Shown here in pieces: positions 19,716-29,639 of a DNA stretch of 64,000 nucleotides (position 1 is the stretch's first letter; each line of letters begins with the position of its first letter). The stretch covers positions 416,001-480,000 of the forward strand of contig CAXXFF010000001.1 of NCBI GenBank assembly GCA_963676835.2, given 5' to 3'. The position numbers were made by a program, and so were the translations under genes. Origin of the DNA: Marispirochaeta sp. (GTDB lineage Bacteria; Spirochaetota; Spirochaetia; JC444; Marispirochaetaceae). Below the pieces are notes generated by a model that saw only the letters and a list, made by a program, of their open reading frames with translations, searched no databases and was not told the DNA's origin.

Positions 19716-21803
19716 CTACTCTTCAGACCAGAAGGTTGCGCCCTTGGCATCCGCTGCAGCGGCCCGGCCGACATAACTTGATTCGGGACTCAGGTAGGCA
19801 TATTCCGCTGCAAGGGCAGGTTCTATCTCTTTCAACTTGAAATAACTCTCTTCTGCTTCCTGGAAGCTCTCCAGTTCATACTGCGTCCGTGCCACCGAGG
19901 CGACTACAGCAGAATTGTGAGGGTCAATCTGTTCGGCCTTTTTGTAATACCTGAGTGCCCCGGGATGATCCTCATTCAGATAATAGATATTCCCCAGATT
20001 GACCAGGGGAGAAAGGTATGATGCATCCATCTGAATTGCACGGTTAAACTGGGTCTTTGCCTGATCATACAAACCGTAGCGGGCATAGAGCACACCAAAC
20101 TGATTCCGGATACGGGAGCTGTCGCCGCCGGAAGATATACGGTCCTGAAAAAGCTGTACCTTGGGCTGAATCTCCCGCTGTATAAACAGTTCCAGATTTT
20201 CTTCGTAATTTGTAAGGATAGTCTCTTTGGAAGGAAACACCAGTGAAAGGGCGGATCCGGGAATGGCCACCGGCTCATAGGTCTGCCATGCTTCATGAAC
20301 GGGATATATGGCGGCACTGTTCCGGGTGGTATTATCTCTCCACTCTTTGGCGCCGATCTTCCATGCCTTGAGAAAACCATCGGGTATCATGGTTATTTCC
20401 ACGGGAACCCAGGTGTTGTCATCCAGAAAAAGAAAATCATCGACATTGGAAAACAGATTCCTGGCCTGGGCCTCATTCATATCCAGAGAAAAGGCCATGA
20501 AGATATGCCCGGGGACGGTGATAAATGCCGTCGGGATTCCCACAGATTCAAGCAGACTGGAATAGAGGATGGAAAGATCATCACAGTCCCCTGCCCGGTA
20601 GGTCAAAGACTGAGCGGGAAACTGCAGGTAGTCGATAAACTGATCGTTCTTTATGGCCTCTACATAACTTGACTGAGGATCGATTACATAGTTCATGCCG
20701 TAAAGCCTGAGGGTCTCAAAGAGGCCCATGGCGATGCGGAAGTTCAGGTTGATGGGGTTGGTTCCCTGTTCCCGGATAATACCTGCTGTATTTTTGGCAA
20801 ACAGCAGCACCGTTGAATCCTTTGCATTAACAAACGAGGCCGCCTTGCGGTCATCATCCCACATCATGGAGTTACGATCATATATTCTCAAGGTATAGGG
20901 CGTAGTGGAGGAAAACCTTTCTCCCAGATAGGTGTATTCCGTTATGATACTGGCAGAAACCTTGGTACTTTCGGTGAGCTGCATTACGCTGTTGGTAAAA
21001 AGAGCCTTCAGAGCAACTTCTGCAGACTCTCCCCTCTTGAGAAGAGGAATTTCACCGCTCAGCTTGGGCTCTTCCATGTACTGGTTTACATTGAGATAAA
21101 CCTTAACATCGCTGATTGAACTGTTTTCACCGTTTACAATGTTAATGGTGCCCACAGCGTTATTATCGTAATAGCCGTAAAAAACCGGAAAAATGGGGTC
21201 GAACTCTATGTCCTTTACTTTGATACGGCTGCGGTTATCCCGGGTGTTCAGATGAAAGACTGTCCCCAGGGTAAAACGAGCTCCCTGATAGAGATCGGTA
21301 TAGGATCCATTTGCAGAATCATACCCGAGGTAGTAGCGGTATCCGCCTCCTGCGGTCAGGGTAAAACCGGGGGTAAAATCCCAGGACAGATAGAGATTAC
21401 CTCCACCATAGGGGTTGGAACTGATATCCGAGTCGGGGTACATACCGATGTACCAACCGAGCTCTCCACCCAGAGACAGGCCAAGGGCGTCCCCCGCTCT
21501 CAGGGTAAGACCGCTTTCAAGTCCGGCGGAAACAATCGACAGGGTTTCAGCCTGGGTGGGCAGAAAGCTGTAGCCTGCATTTCCGCCATAGTAGAAACTG
21601 GTCAGATCGGGAGGGGTGTATTGAAGATTGAGGGTTGCAGAACCGCCGGCAGTATAAAGGGCATCCTCGTTGAAGACAGCACTTTTAGAGCCCATGGGGA
21701 GTTCAAACCCGGGACGAATTATAATACTGACATTGTCTGACTGGGAAAAAAGAAGACCGGAAAAACCGGCGACAAGCAACAGGATAATGATATTCTTTTT
21801 CAT
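19716..21803 (-). CDS. Signal peptide + OM beta-barrel-like + transglutaminase-like + TPR protein (module 2)
   Basis: Paralog of 12190-14253: WDDDRKAA.FV, DYLQFP, GDCDDLSILYSSLL, PGHIF, WVPVEIT, TPRs. Confidence 0.78.
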   Translation of the reverse strand: MKKNIIILLLVAGFSGLLFSQSDNVSIIIRPGFELPMGSKSAVFNEDALYTAGGSATLNLQYTPPDLTSFYYGGNAGYSFLPTQAETLSIVSAGLESGLTLRAGDALGLSLGGELGWYIGMYPDSDISSNPYGGGNLYLSWDFTPGFTLTAGGGYRYYLGYDSANGSYTDLYQGARFTLGTVFHLNTRDNRSRIKVKDIEFDPIFPVFYGYYDNNAVGTINIVNGENSSISDVKVYLNVNQYMEEPKLSGEIPLLKRGESAEVALKALFTNSVMQLTESTKVSASIITEYTYLGERFSSTTPYTLRIYDRNSMMWDDDRKAASFVNAKDSTVLLFAKNTAGIIREQGTNPINLNFRIAMGLFETLRLYGMNYVIDPQSSYVEAIKNDQFIDYLQFPAQSLTYRAGDCDDLSILYSSLLESVGIPTAFITVPGHIFMAFSLDMNEAQARNLFSNVDDFLFLDDNTWVPVEITMIPDGFLKAWKIGAKEWRDNTTRNSAAIYPVHEAWQTYEPVAIPGSALSLVFPSKETILTNYEENLELFIQREIQPKVQLFQDRISSGGDSSRIRNQFGVLYARYGLYDQAKTQFNRAIQMDASYLSPLVNLGNIYYLNEDHPGALRYYKKAEQIDPHNSAVVASVARTQYELESFQEAEESYFKLKEIEPALAAEYAYLSPESSYVGRAAAADAKGATFWSEE

Positions 21804-22038
21804 ATGACTGCCCTCCCTGATTAATCAAGCATCTTTTTTAATCAGGAATAAACAATCAACTTTTGTGCATATGCTGCACATTTAGTGGTTAATTATGTGC
21901 CGCCTATGTAATAATATATCCCATTAAGGGAAAGCAGCCAATACGATAATAGAAAATTTGGATTACGGGACCAGACTTTTTTATTTTTCTCAGCTATATT
22001 TATTCTGATGAATCACTCTTTATTCGCCCGTTAAGTGT

Positions 22039-23013
22039 ATGCAGCTGAAGAATCAAAACTATATAAAGGTTCGCACCTCGAACCTCAAATACTACGACAC
22101 CATCGAGCTCTACTTTAAAAACCCCTACGGTAAAATTGTACTCTACAAGCCTGAGGGCATGAAGTTTACCGATGAGAGTCTGAGGGAAAAACCCTATCTT
22201 GGCGATCTCTACGTAAAGCCCGAGGATAAGATAAAAGCTCTTCAGGCTGCCCAGCGGGGATTCAGCAGCAACCTGGTTCACAGCATAGTAAAGGATGGGA
22301 CCCGCAAGGTTAAGGAAGAGCTGATCAATATAATTGATGAAACCCTGAATGAACCGAGAGCCGGCAGTCTTACCATTCTGCCGGAAACCATGGATTCTAT
22401 AATTGAGGGATACTCCAATCAGCCCAGTGTTATAAAGAACCTTGCCCGCATATCCCACAGCGACTATACAACGGCGATCCACTCAATAAATGTTATGGCC
22501 CTTACCGTGGGATACTGTTTCTACACCGGCCGCAGCAGGCAGGAAACCATGGAATTCGGCCTCGCCGCCCTCCTTCACGATCTGGGCAAAACAGAGATTC
22601 CCCGGGAGATTCTTACCTCTCCCCACAGTCTCAGTGATGTCGAGTTTAAGATTATGAAAAAACACCCCGAAATGGGTGCTGATCTTATCGAAAACCACGC
22701 ATCGGACCTTTCTCTGGTAATACCCGGAGCACGGGATCATCATGAAAAGCTTGACGGCAGCGGATATCCCAACGGAACCAAACAGATCTCTGAGCTAGGT
22801 CAGGTGCTGGGTATTATCGACTGTTATGAGGCCATTACCAACGACGACCGTCCCTACCGCAGTGCCATGGTACCTATTAATGCTCTTAAACTGCTGAAGG
22901 ACGAAGTTGACGCAGGACGTTTCAGCAGGGAAATATTTGAAAACTTCGCCTACAGCCTGACTGATTTCAACGGGGATACCTATTTCCGCAAACATTCCAT
23001 CATTACCCCCTGA
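22039..23013 (+). CDS. HD-GYP domain phosphodiesterase
   Basis: LHDLGK, HHEKLDGSGYP, RPYR. Confidence 0.9.
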   Translation: MQLKNQNYIKVRTSNLKYYDTIELYFKNPYGKIVLYKPEGMKFTDESLREKPYLGDLYVKPEDKIKALQAAQRGFSSNLVHSIVKDGTRKVKEELINIIDETLNEPRAGSLTILPETMDSIIEGYSNQPSVIKNLARISHSDYTTAIHSINVMALTVGYCFYTGRSRQETMEFGLAALLHDLGKTEIPREILTSPHSLSDVEFKIMKKHPEMGADLIENHASDLSLVIPGARDHHEKLDGSGYPNGTKQISELGQVLGIIDCYEAITNDDRPYRSAMVPINALKLLKDEVDAGRFSREIFENFAYSLTDFNGDTYFRKHSIITP

Positions 23014-23071
23014 ATCAATCCCCGCATTCAGCTTGTAAAAAGAGTCTGCCTTCGGCATACTCCATACTGTT

Positions 23072-23359
23072 ATGAGTCTTAAAATTGCAGATCTTCTTGA
23101 AGAATTTGATATAGAACTGACGGACCTCAGGTGGTTTTTAAGCATAGAGCTTGCTGACCGGCTGCTGACCTATCATCAGGAACCCCTCGAACTTGCTGAG
23201 CTCATATGGAAGGGGTCCCTTGAATCCGATATGTATGACATGGAAGAAAAGTTTATCCGCGACAGCCAGGACCTTATAGACCGCGGGCTTCTTGACGAAG
23301 CCCGGATCCGGGAACAGCTTTCACAGGTAATCCGTTCCCGTCGCCTGAAAAAGCGTTAG
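23072..23359 (+). CDS. Hypothetical protein
   Basis: 95-aa acidic helical ORF filling the intergenic space. Confidence 0.6.
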   Translation: MSLKIADLLEEFDIELTDLRWFLSIELADRLLTYHQEPLELAELIWKGSLESDMYDMEEKFIRDSQDLIDRGLLDEARIREQLSQVIRSRRLKKR

Positions 23360-25107
23360 GCGGGAATCCAGCTTTCGATATCCGCCTTTATCGCGGCAAG
23401 CTGACTGTTTACAGACTCTTCTGCGGCCTTTTCCTCAGCTCCGCTCTCGGAGCAGCAGGAAGCGTAGAACTTTATCTTCGGTTCAGTACCGCTGGGCCGG
23501 GCAGTAACCACAGAGCCGTTTTCAAGGAAAAACTGCAGGACATTGGACGAAGGAAGTTCAATATCCTCTTTTGTCTCACCGGTAGAAGTATCCGTGGTTG
23601 TGCCTTCAAGATAATCCTTTACAAGTGAAACCTTAACCCCGCCGATGGATGCAGGGGGTTCATTTCTGAACTGCTCCATAAGGCTTTTCATAGTTTCAAG
23701 ACCACTCTGGCCTTTAAAATAGGCGGAGACCAGAATTTCCCGGTACAGACCGAAGCGACGGTAGATATCCTTCAGATGATCCAGAACAGACCGTCCAATG
23801 GAACGGTTATAGAGAGCCATTTCCGCTGTAAGAAAAGCCGCAGAAACCGCATCTTTATCCCGCACTTCAGTTTCTATCAGGTAGCCGTAGCTCTCCTCTC
23901 CTCCAAAGACATAGTCCTCTTCGGTAAACTCAAAACGCTTGATAATGTCCGCTATATACTTGAAACCCGTTAATACATCATAGATTTTTGCACCGTAGCT
24001 TTCCGCAATTTTACGCTGAAGTTCGGTGGTCACAATGGTTTTTACTATTCTCGGCTGCGGGGGCATGGTACCCAGCTCTTTTTTGGTCAGCAGAAGATAA
24101 TCTTCCAGCAGACATCCCAGCTGGTTGCCGGTAATAAGTACATACTTTCCTGTTTCATCAGGAACAGCGATACCCAGCCTGTCTGCATCCGGATCGGTAC
24201 CCATAACCAGGTCTGCCTTCTCTTTTGCTGCCAGATCAAGGGCCATCTTCATGGCGGAAGCCTCTTCCGGATTGGGGAACTCTACTGTGGGAAAGTTGCC
24301 GTCAGGATCACGCTGCTCGGGGACGGTAAGTACTTCGATGCCTGATTCGGACAGTATACGCTCCACCAGCATGGTTCCGGTGCCGTGTAGAGGAGTATAG
24401 ACCACCTTCAGGTCCTTCCCCTTCTCTTTCAACAGAGCAGGACGCTGACTGTAGCTTTTGATCAGCTCAACAAAATCATCATCTATATCTTTATCAATCT
24501 CTACGAGGAGGCCTTTCGCTACTGCATCTTCCCTGGAGATTTTGGGAATATCGCCGTCAACTGAACGAACCTCTTCGATAATTCCCTTGTCATGAGGGCT
24601 GATTATCTGCCCCCCGTCAGACCAGTAGACCTTGTATCCGTTATACTCACTGGGGTTGTGGGAAGCTGTTATAACCACACCGGAGGTACAACCCAGCTTT
24701 CTCATGGCAAAGGAGAGTTCCGGGGTCGGCCGCAGACTGCTGAACAGGTAGGTTTTTATGCCGTTGGCACAGAAAGTCAGTGCCGTAACCTCGGCAAAAT
24801 CCCGGCTGAAGTTGCGGGAATCATAGGCAATGGCCGCCGAAGGGTTCTCTACACCGGAGTTTTCCATTACATAATAGGCCAGCCCCTGGGTTGCCCGGCT
24901 TACCATAAGCGGGTTCATACGGTTGTAGCCGCCACCGATGACACCCCGCAGTCCGCCGGTGCCGAAATCAAGCTGGGTATAAAAACGGTCATTCAGTTCT
25001 TCATAATCTTCAGCTTTTATCAGGGCCAGCATTTCATCGCGAAAATAGGGATGGTTTTCCGCTTTAACATAATCATCTGCAAGTTTCAACAATTCAGAAT
25101 TATCCAT
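23356..25107 (-). CDS. pgm: Phosphoglucomutase/phosphomannomutase
   Basis: FGTGGLRG, TASHNP phosphoserine loop, DPDADR metal site, RPSGTEPKIK. Confidence 0.92.
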   Translation of the reverse strand: MDNSELLKLADDYVKAENHPYFRDEMLALIKAEDYEELNDRFYTQLDFGTGGLRGVIGGGYNRMNPLMVSRATQGLAYYVMENSGVENPSAAIAYDSRNFSRDFAEVTALTFCANGIKTYLFSSLRPTPELSFAMRKLGCTSGVVITASHNPSEYNGYKVYWSDGGQIISPHDKGIIEEVRSVDGDIPKISREDAVAKGLLVEIDKDIDDDFVELIKSYSQRPALLKEKGKDLKVVYTPLHGTGTMLVERILSESGIEVLTVPEQRDPDGNFPTVEFPNPEEASAMKMALDLAAKEKADLVMGTDPDADRLGIAVPDETGKYVLITGNQLGCLLEDYLLLTKKELGTMPPQPRIVKTIVTTELQRKIAESYGAKIYDVLTGFKYIADIIKRFEFTEEDYVFGGEESYGYLIETEVRDKDAVSAAFLTAEMALYNRSIGRSVLDHLKDIYRRFGLYREILVSAYFKGQSGLETMKSLMEQFRNEPPASIGGVKVSLVKDYLEGTTTDTSTGETKEDIELPSSNVLQFFLENGSVVTARPSGTEPKIKFYASCCSESGAEEKAAEESVNSQLAAIKADIESWIPA

Positions 25108-25263
25108 ATAAAACTCTCCTTTGGAGCAATCATACCTTCGAGTATCTACAGTATATACTATAGCTGAATTCGTAGCATGAAAAAAACATTCGACGCAATA
25201 ACGGCTGTATTAGAAATAGAATGAAAAAGTTCCTTGCCAAATCATGGGAATCTCACATATGCT

Positions 25264-26226
25264 ATGAACGTGGTTTCAATTGTACCGGTAGCCAGCGGAA
25301 AAGGCGGAGTAGGTAAAAGTCTCATTACAGCCAACCTCGGCTTGAGCCTTGCGAAAAAGGGTAAAACAGTAATCCTTGTGGACCTCGATCTTGGGGGCTC
25401 CAATCTCCACTCCTTTCTGGGGGTAAAGAATAACCACACCGGAATCGGAGGATACATCTACAAGCAGGCAGAAAGCCTTGAAGAGTGCATCCAGCCCACA
25501 GAATGGGAACGGCTCTTTCTTATACCCGGAGATGCCCTGCTCCCGGGAACCGCCAACCTGCCCTTTTTTACCAAGCAGAAAATACTGAAAGAACTGAATC
25601 AGTCGGTGGCGGACATAGTTCTGCTCGATCTTGGAGCCGGCAGTTCATACAACACCATTGATTTCTTCCTTTCATCCTGGTCGGCCCTTATGGTAACCAC
25701 CGGCGAACCGACAGCGGTGCTGAATGCCTACTCTTTTCTCAAAACAGCCGCTTTCAGGCTTATGTACCGCAGCTTCCCGCCGAAATCACACGAACGGGCA
25801 ATGGTGCTGGATTTTGTCACCGCAAAAATTGAAGGCGGGGAAAGCTCCTATTTTGATCTTCTGGACGGACTGTATGCGGTAAACCCCGAGTCTGGAGCTC
25901 TTCTGAAAGAAAACCTCAACAGCCTCGTGCCCAGGGTTATCCTGAATATGGGCAGATCCGAGAATGATATTAAAATTGGCCGCAAACTGCGGGATATAAG
26001 CCGCAGGAATATCGGCATAGAGATGGAATACCTCTCATTTCTGCCGTTTACCGACGATGCCCGCAGTTCACTTTTAAAAAGGGTTCCCCTGGTTGAGCTT
26101 CTGCCGGAATCTGCCTTTGCCCGGAAGATAGATCAGCTCGCTGAAGATCTGCTTCTGCGCCTTAAAGGCAGCGGCCCCGATCTGCATGACGGCGACATTC
26201 ACAACCTTGAGTCGGGTCTGCAGTAA
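25264..26226 (+). CDS. MinD/FlhG-family P-loop ATPase
   Basis: SGKGGVGKS deviant Walker A, DLDLGGSNL, DLGAG; start set to ATG 25264. Confidence 0.85.
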   Translation: MNVVSIVPVASGKGGVGKSLITANLGLSLAKKGKTVILVDLDLGGSNLHSFLGVKNNHTGIGGYIYKQAESLEECIQPTEWERLFLIPGDALLPGTANLPFFTKQKILKELNQSVADIVLLDLGAGSSYNTIDFFLSSWSALMVTTGEPTAVLNAYSFLKTAAFRLMYRSFPPKSHERAMVLDFVTAKIEGGESSYFDLLDGLYAVNPESGALLKENLNSLVPRVILNMGRSENDIKIGRKLRDISRRNIGIEMEYLSFLPFTDDARSSLLKRVPLVELLPESAFARKIDQLAEDLLLRLKGSGPDLHDGDIHNLESGLQ

Positions 26227-26302
26227 GATTAATTCTATCTTTCTCAGGGTTTAAGAGAACGCCTGAAGAATGCCTTAAAAAGAGAACATTAAAAATGATA
26301 GC

Positions 26303-27316
26303 TTAAGGATAAGTTACCCGGAATCCTTCCACCCGGGCACTTGCACCTTCATACAGCCCGCTGGTTTCCCCGGCTTTAAGACGATGATACCCGAGCCCCG
26401 CTATCATGGCACCGTTATCGGTACAGAGAGCCAGGGGTGGAAAAATTACCTCAAGATCTTTTTCTGCAGCAAAACGGCTGCGCAAATAGCTGTTTGCAGC
26501 AACTCCGCCGCCGGCGACAACTGTTTTCAATCCCGTATCCTCTACCGCTCGAAGCACCCGCTTGACCAGAATATCGATGGCCCGTCGTTGAAAGGAGGCA
26601 GCGATATTTTCCGGTGATTTTTCAGAAATCCCGTCCCAGAACTGATCACTCTGGTTGATTACCGCGTTTTTAAGGCCTGAGTAGGATACATCATAGCGAT
26701 GATCACCTTTATGCAGGTTAGGTCCGGGGAATTTAAAAGCTAAGGGGTTACCCTTCTGTGCCAATTGATCAATAACCACCCCGCCGGGAAATCCAAAATT
26801 GTAGAACTTTGCCACCTTGTCGAAGGCTTCCCCGCAGGCATCGTCTATGGTGGTGCCCATAACCCTGATTTCTTCCGGGCCGTCAACCACACAGATCATT
26901 GTGTGGCCGCCGGAAACAAGGAGTCCGAGAAAAGGATATTCAACTTCCCGCTCTAGCTGAGGAGCATAAAGATGAGCCATAACATGATTAACTGTTGTGT
27001 AGGGAACACCAAGAGAGAGGACAAGCCCCTTGGCAAAGGAAAGCCCAACCAGAAGGGAACCCACGAGTCCCGGTCTGCTGGTTACGGCAATTCCGTCCAG
27101 ATCGCTTCCTTTAAGACCTGCCTGGCGGAGTGCCTCAAAGTAGGTATCTTCAATCCATTCAGTATGAGTCCTGGAAGCAATCTCCGGAACTACTCCCATA
27201 AAGGGACGGTGTATTTCTATCTGGGTTGCTACAACGCTTGAGAGTATCTTTCGTCCGTCTTCTACAACTGCAATACTGCAGTCATCACAGGAACTCTCAA
27301 TTCCAAGAACCTTCAT
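26303..27316 (-). CDS. tsaD: tRNA N6-threonylcarbamoyltransferase TsaD
   Basis: GIESSCDD, GVVPEIASRTH, HVMAH, VSGGHT, GEAFDK, TDNGAMIA. Confidence 0.96.
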   Translation of the reverse strand: MKVLGIESSCDDCSIAVVEDGRKILSSVVATQIEIHRPFMGVVPEIASRTHTEWIEDTYFEALRQAGLKGSDLDGIAVTSRPGLVGSLLVGLSFAKGLVLSLGVPYTTVNHVMAHLYAPQLEREVEYPFLGLLVSGGHTMICVVDGPEEIRVMGTTIDDACGEAFDKVAKFYNFGFPGGVVIDQLAQKGNPLAFKFPGPNLHKGDHRYDVSYSGLKNAVINQSDQFWDGISEKSPENIAASFQRRAIDILVKRVLRAVEDTGLKTVVAGGGVAANSYLRSRFAAEKDLEVIFPPLALCTDNGAMIAGLGYHRLKAGETSGLYEGASARVEGFRVTYP

Positions 27317-28266
27317 TCCTGGCCCTGCCGCCCCAGATAAATCATATTCCCCACATCATCGAAGCTAAACCCGGCATCGGAAAACTCGGGAAACAACTCC
27401 AGGAGAAGTTCCGCAAGGTGTTCATCCCATACATGGCCGATCATAACGGCCCTGCCGCTTTTTTCTGCAATACTGAACCCTGAACGCAGGGCCCTTTCGA
27501 TATAGTCACGCTCTCTTGTGTTGTCTAAAAACATGCTGTTCCTTTTAATAAACGGTACATCCATAAGGCCTGCGATTTCTCCTGCCACACTTTTACCGGT
27601 GGTGAGAGAATCCAGAAAAAACATATTTTTCTCCTTCAGATAGGAGAGAATATACGACATTATTTCCTCATCGGCAGTAACTTTGGAGCCCATATGATTG
27701 TTCATGCCCGCGGCGCCATCAAGTCCGGACAGATTAGTATCTAAAACAGTGAAAACTTCTTCCCTGGTCATGCCGCTGTAAATAGCACCTACACCTGGAT
27801 CAGCATCCCCTTCAGGCTCCATGGGCTGATGAATAATATACATCTGGCCCGCATCTTTAATTCTATTAACCGATTCTTCCGTAAATCGCCTGCCCGGCAT
27901 CACCGCAAAGGTAATTTTCATTGGCAGATGCAGAAAGGGTTCCAGCTCTTCAAGACTGTTTCCCACATCATCCAGAACCAGTGCAACCTGCCTGCCCTTC
28001 ATTGTTGCTGCAGTAGTTTTCTGAACCGACACGGTTTCCGGGTATTTTTCCACTTTGGGCAGTGCTGTCTCTTCTATCGCAGACTGAGGCTGGCGATTAT
28101 TGGAAGTATTTGGAATGTTGTTGCTTATGGTTTGTAATTCAGGATCCGGGGAATGCTGAAGTGCCGCAATGCCAATACCGATAACAACCGCGGCGGTAAT
28201 CAGCAACACATATGCAAGTCTCAATCGCTTTTTCTGCCGAACCGAGGCAGGCTGTTTTCGTGCCAT
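27313..28266 (-). CDS. Divergent polysaccharide deacetylase family protein
   Basis: LVLDDVG, HQPMEP, NNHMGS, FLDS.T, FLDN, IGH; N-terminal TM helix. Confidence 0.9.
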   Translation of the reverse strand: MARKQPASVRQKKRLRLAYVLLITAAVVIGIGIAALQHSPDPELQTISNNIPNTSNNRQPQSAIEETALPKVEKYPETVSVQKTTAATMKGRQVALVLDDVGNSLEELEPFLHLPMKITFAVMPGRRFTEESVNRIKDAGQMYIIHQPMEPEGDADPGVGAIYSGMTREEVFTVLDTNLSGLDGAAGMNNHMGSKVTADEEIMSYILSYLKEKNMFFLDSLTTGKSVAGEIAGLMDVPFIKRNSMFLDNTRERDYIERALRSGFSIAEKSGRAVMIGHVWDEHLAELLLELFPEFSDAGFSFDDVGNMIYLGRQGQE

Positions 28267-28333
28267 TCATATTTATGGTACGAAAATCAGGCCTGCTGGT
28301 CAAGAATTGCTGCAGTACAATACTTTTTAGGAA

Positions 28334-29173
28334 TTACTGATAAACGTACTCCCGGACTTCATCTGCATGTTCCCGCAGTTTCCGGATTGCTCTCATTTCA
28401 ATCTGACGGACAGTTTCGGGAGATATTCCCATCCGTTCGCCGATTGTTTTAAGGGTATACTTTTTACCGCCGTAAAAACTGAAACGGTAAAGAAGAATCT
28501 GCCGTTCTTTATCCATCAGATGCTCAAGAAAGCGCATAGTATCCTCATGGAGACTCTTTTTTACCAGCTCAGAATCGGGGTCGTAGGTGTAATCTTCGCA
28601 CATATCCAGAAGTGAACCGGATTCAAAGTTTTCTTCAGAATCCAGGGATGCCACCGCTGATGATGCATTAAGCAGTGAGCTGACCTCTTCCGCCTTCATA
28701 CCTACTTCCACCGCTACTTCTTCTACTGTAGGTTTCTGCTGATTAAGCTGAGTAAGGGTATAATATGCCTTCTGAATCTTCTTCAGGGCTTCCTCTTTTC
28801 TGTGAGGAAGGCGAATCGGCCGGCGCTTGTTAGACAGGGCCCGTACAATGGACTGCTTGATCCACCATGCAGCATAGGTGCTGAAGCGGACATTTTTTCT
28901 GTAATCATATTTACTGGCGGCTTTTATCAGTCCCAGATTACCTTCCTGAACAATGTCAAGAAAACTAACATCTCCTGTGGTGTAGGCTTTGGCAATTTTT
29001 ACAACAAGTCTTAAATTCGCTTTAATAAGTTTTTCCCTGGCAAGCTCATCACCTTTCATGATGCGGCGGGAAAGTTCAAGTTCTTCTTCAAAACTTAAGA
29101 GCGGTGTCGATTTAATCTGCTGGAAATATGCCTTAAGTGAGTCTTCGCTCTGGCTTGTTTTCCTGATTTTCAT
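28334..29173 (-). CDS. rpoS: Sigma-70 family group 2 sigma factor, RpoS-like
   Basis: ANLRLVV, QEGNLGL, RFSTYAAWWIKQ, ETVRQIE; no region 1.1; RBS AAGGAG before ATG 29173; sigma54 promoter upstream. Confidence 0.75.
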   Translation of the reverse strand: MKIRKTSQSEDSLKAYFQQIKSTPLLSFEEELELSRRIMKGDELAREKLIKANLRLVVKIAKAYTTGDVSFLDIVQEGNLGLIKAASKYDYRKNVRFSTYAAWWIKQSIVRALSNKRRPIRLPHRKEEALKKIQKAYYTLTQLNQQKPTVEEVAVEVGMKAEEVSSLLNASSAVASLDSEENFESGSLLDMCEDYTYDPDSELVKKSLHEDTMRFLEHLMDKERQILLYRFSFYGGKKYTLKTIGERMGISPETVRQIEMRAIRKLREHADEVREYVYQ

Positions 29174-29199
29174 GGCACTCTCCTTCATGTATTTATACA

Positions 29200-29216
29200 T
29201 GCAAGCATCGTGCCAA
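29200..29216 (-). promoter_or_regulatory. Sigma54 (-24/-12) promoter of rpoS
   Basis: TTGGCAC-GATGC-TTGCA on the minus strand, exact match to TGGCAC-N5-TTGC. Confidence 0.85.
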
Positions 29217-29333
29217 AACAGTATTCTTTAGGCAGGTTTTTTTATTTCATTATAATACAACGATTTATTTACTTAACTTTTTTTAACCATTTTTATAAAC
29301 AATAAATGTTATACAAAAGTATACTTTCACTGC

Positions 29334-29639
29334 TTATAGTGTATATTTCTGTGAAAGCTGACGGTACAGCATATCGGAAAAACCGAGATTGGCTGTATTG
29401 GACATCTTCTCGGCATACTTTTCATACAGCATGTCTTCAAAGATATCTTCAGCCATACCACCCTTTATAAGACCGGTTTTATTTACTGTCTTGCGCATGC
29501 TTTTAAGCATCTGTTCAAGCAGCAGGGATTCAAACTCTTTACAGGCTTCTTTCAGCTGTGCGTCATTGGAAGATGGACTAACTTTAGGGGTTCTCACCGG
29601 ATTAAGGCTTCCCATCATTTGTATTGAGTTAAGTTCCAT
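29334..29639 (-). CDS. flgJ: Single-domain rod-binding FlgJ
   Basis: LKEACKEFESLLLEQMLKSMRKT...LYRQL; no muramidase domain. Confidence 0.88.
   Translation of the reverse strand: MELNSIQMMGSLNPVRTPKVSPSSNDAQLKEACKEFESLLLEQMLKSMRKTVNKTGLIKGGMAEDIFEDMLYEKYAEKMSNTANLGFSDMLYRQLSQKYTL

Noticed and set aside
7803..21803. Diversity-generating retroelement acting on the Ig lipoproteins
   Set aside because: No reverse transcriptase and no TR/VR pair differing only at adenines was seen.
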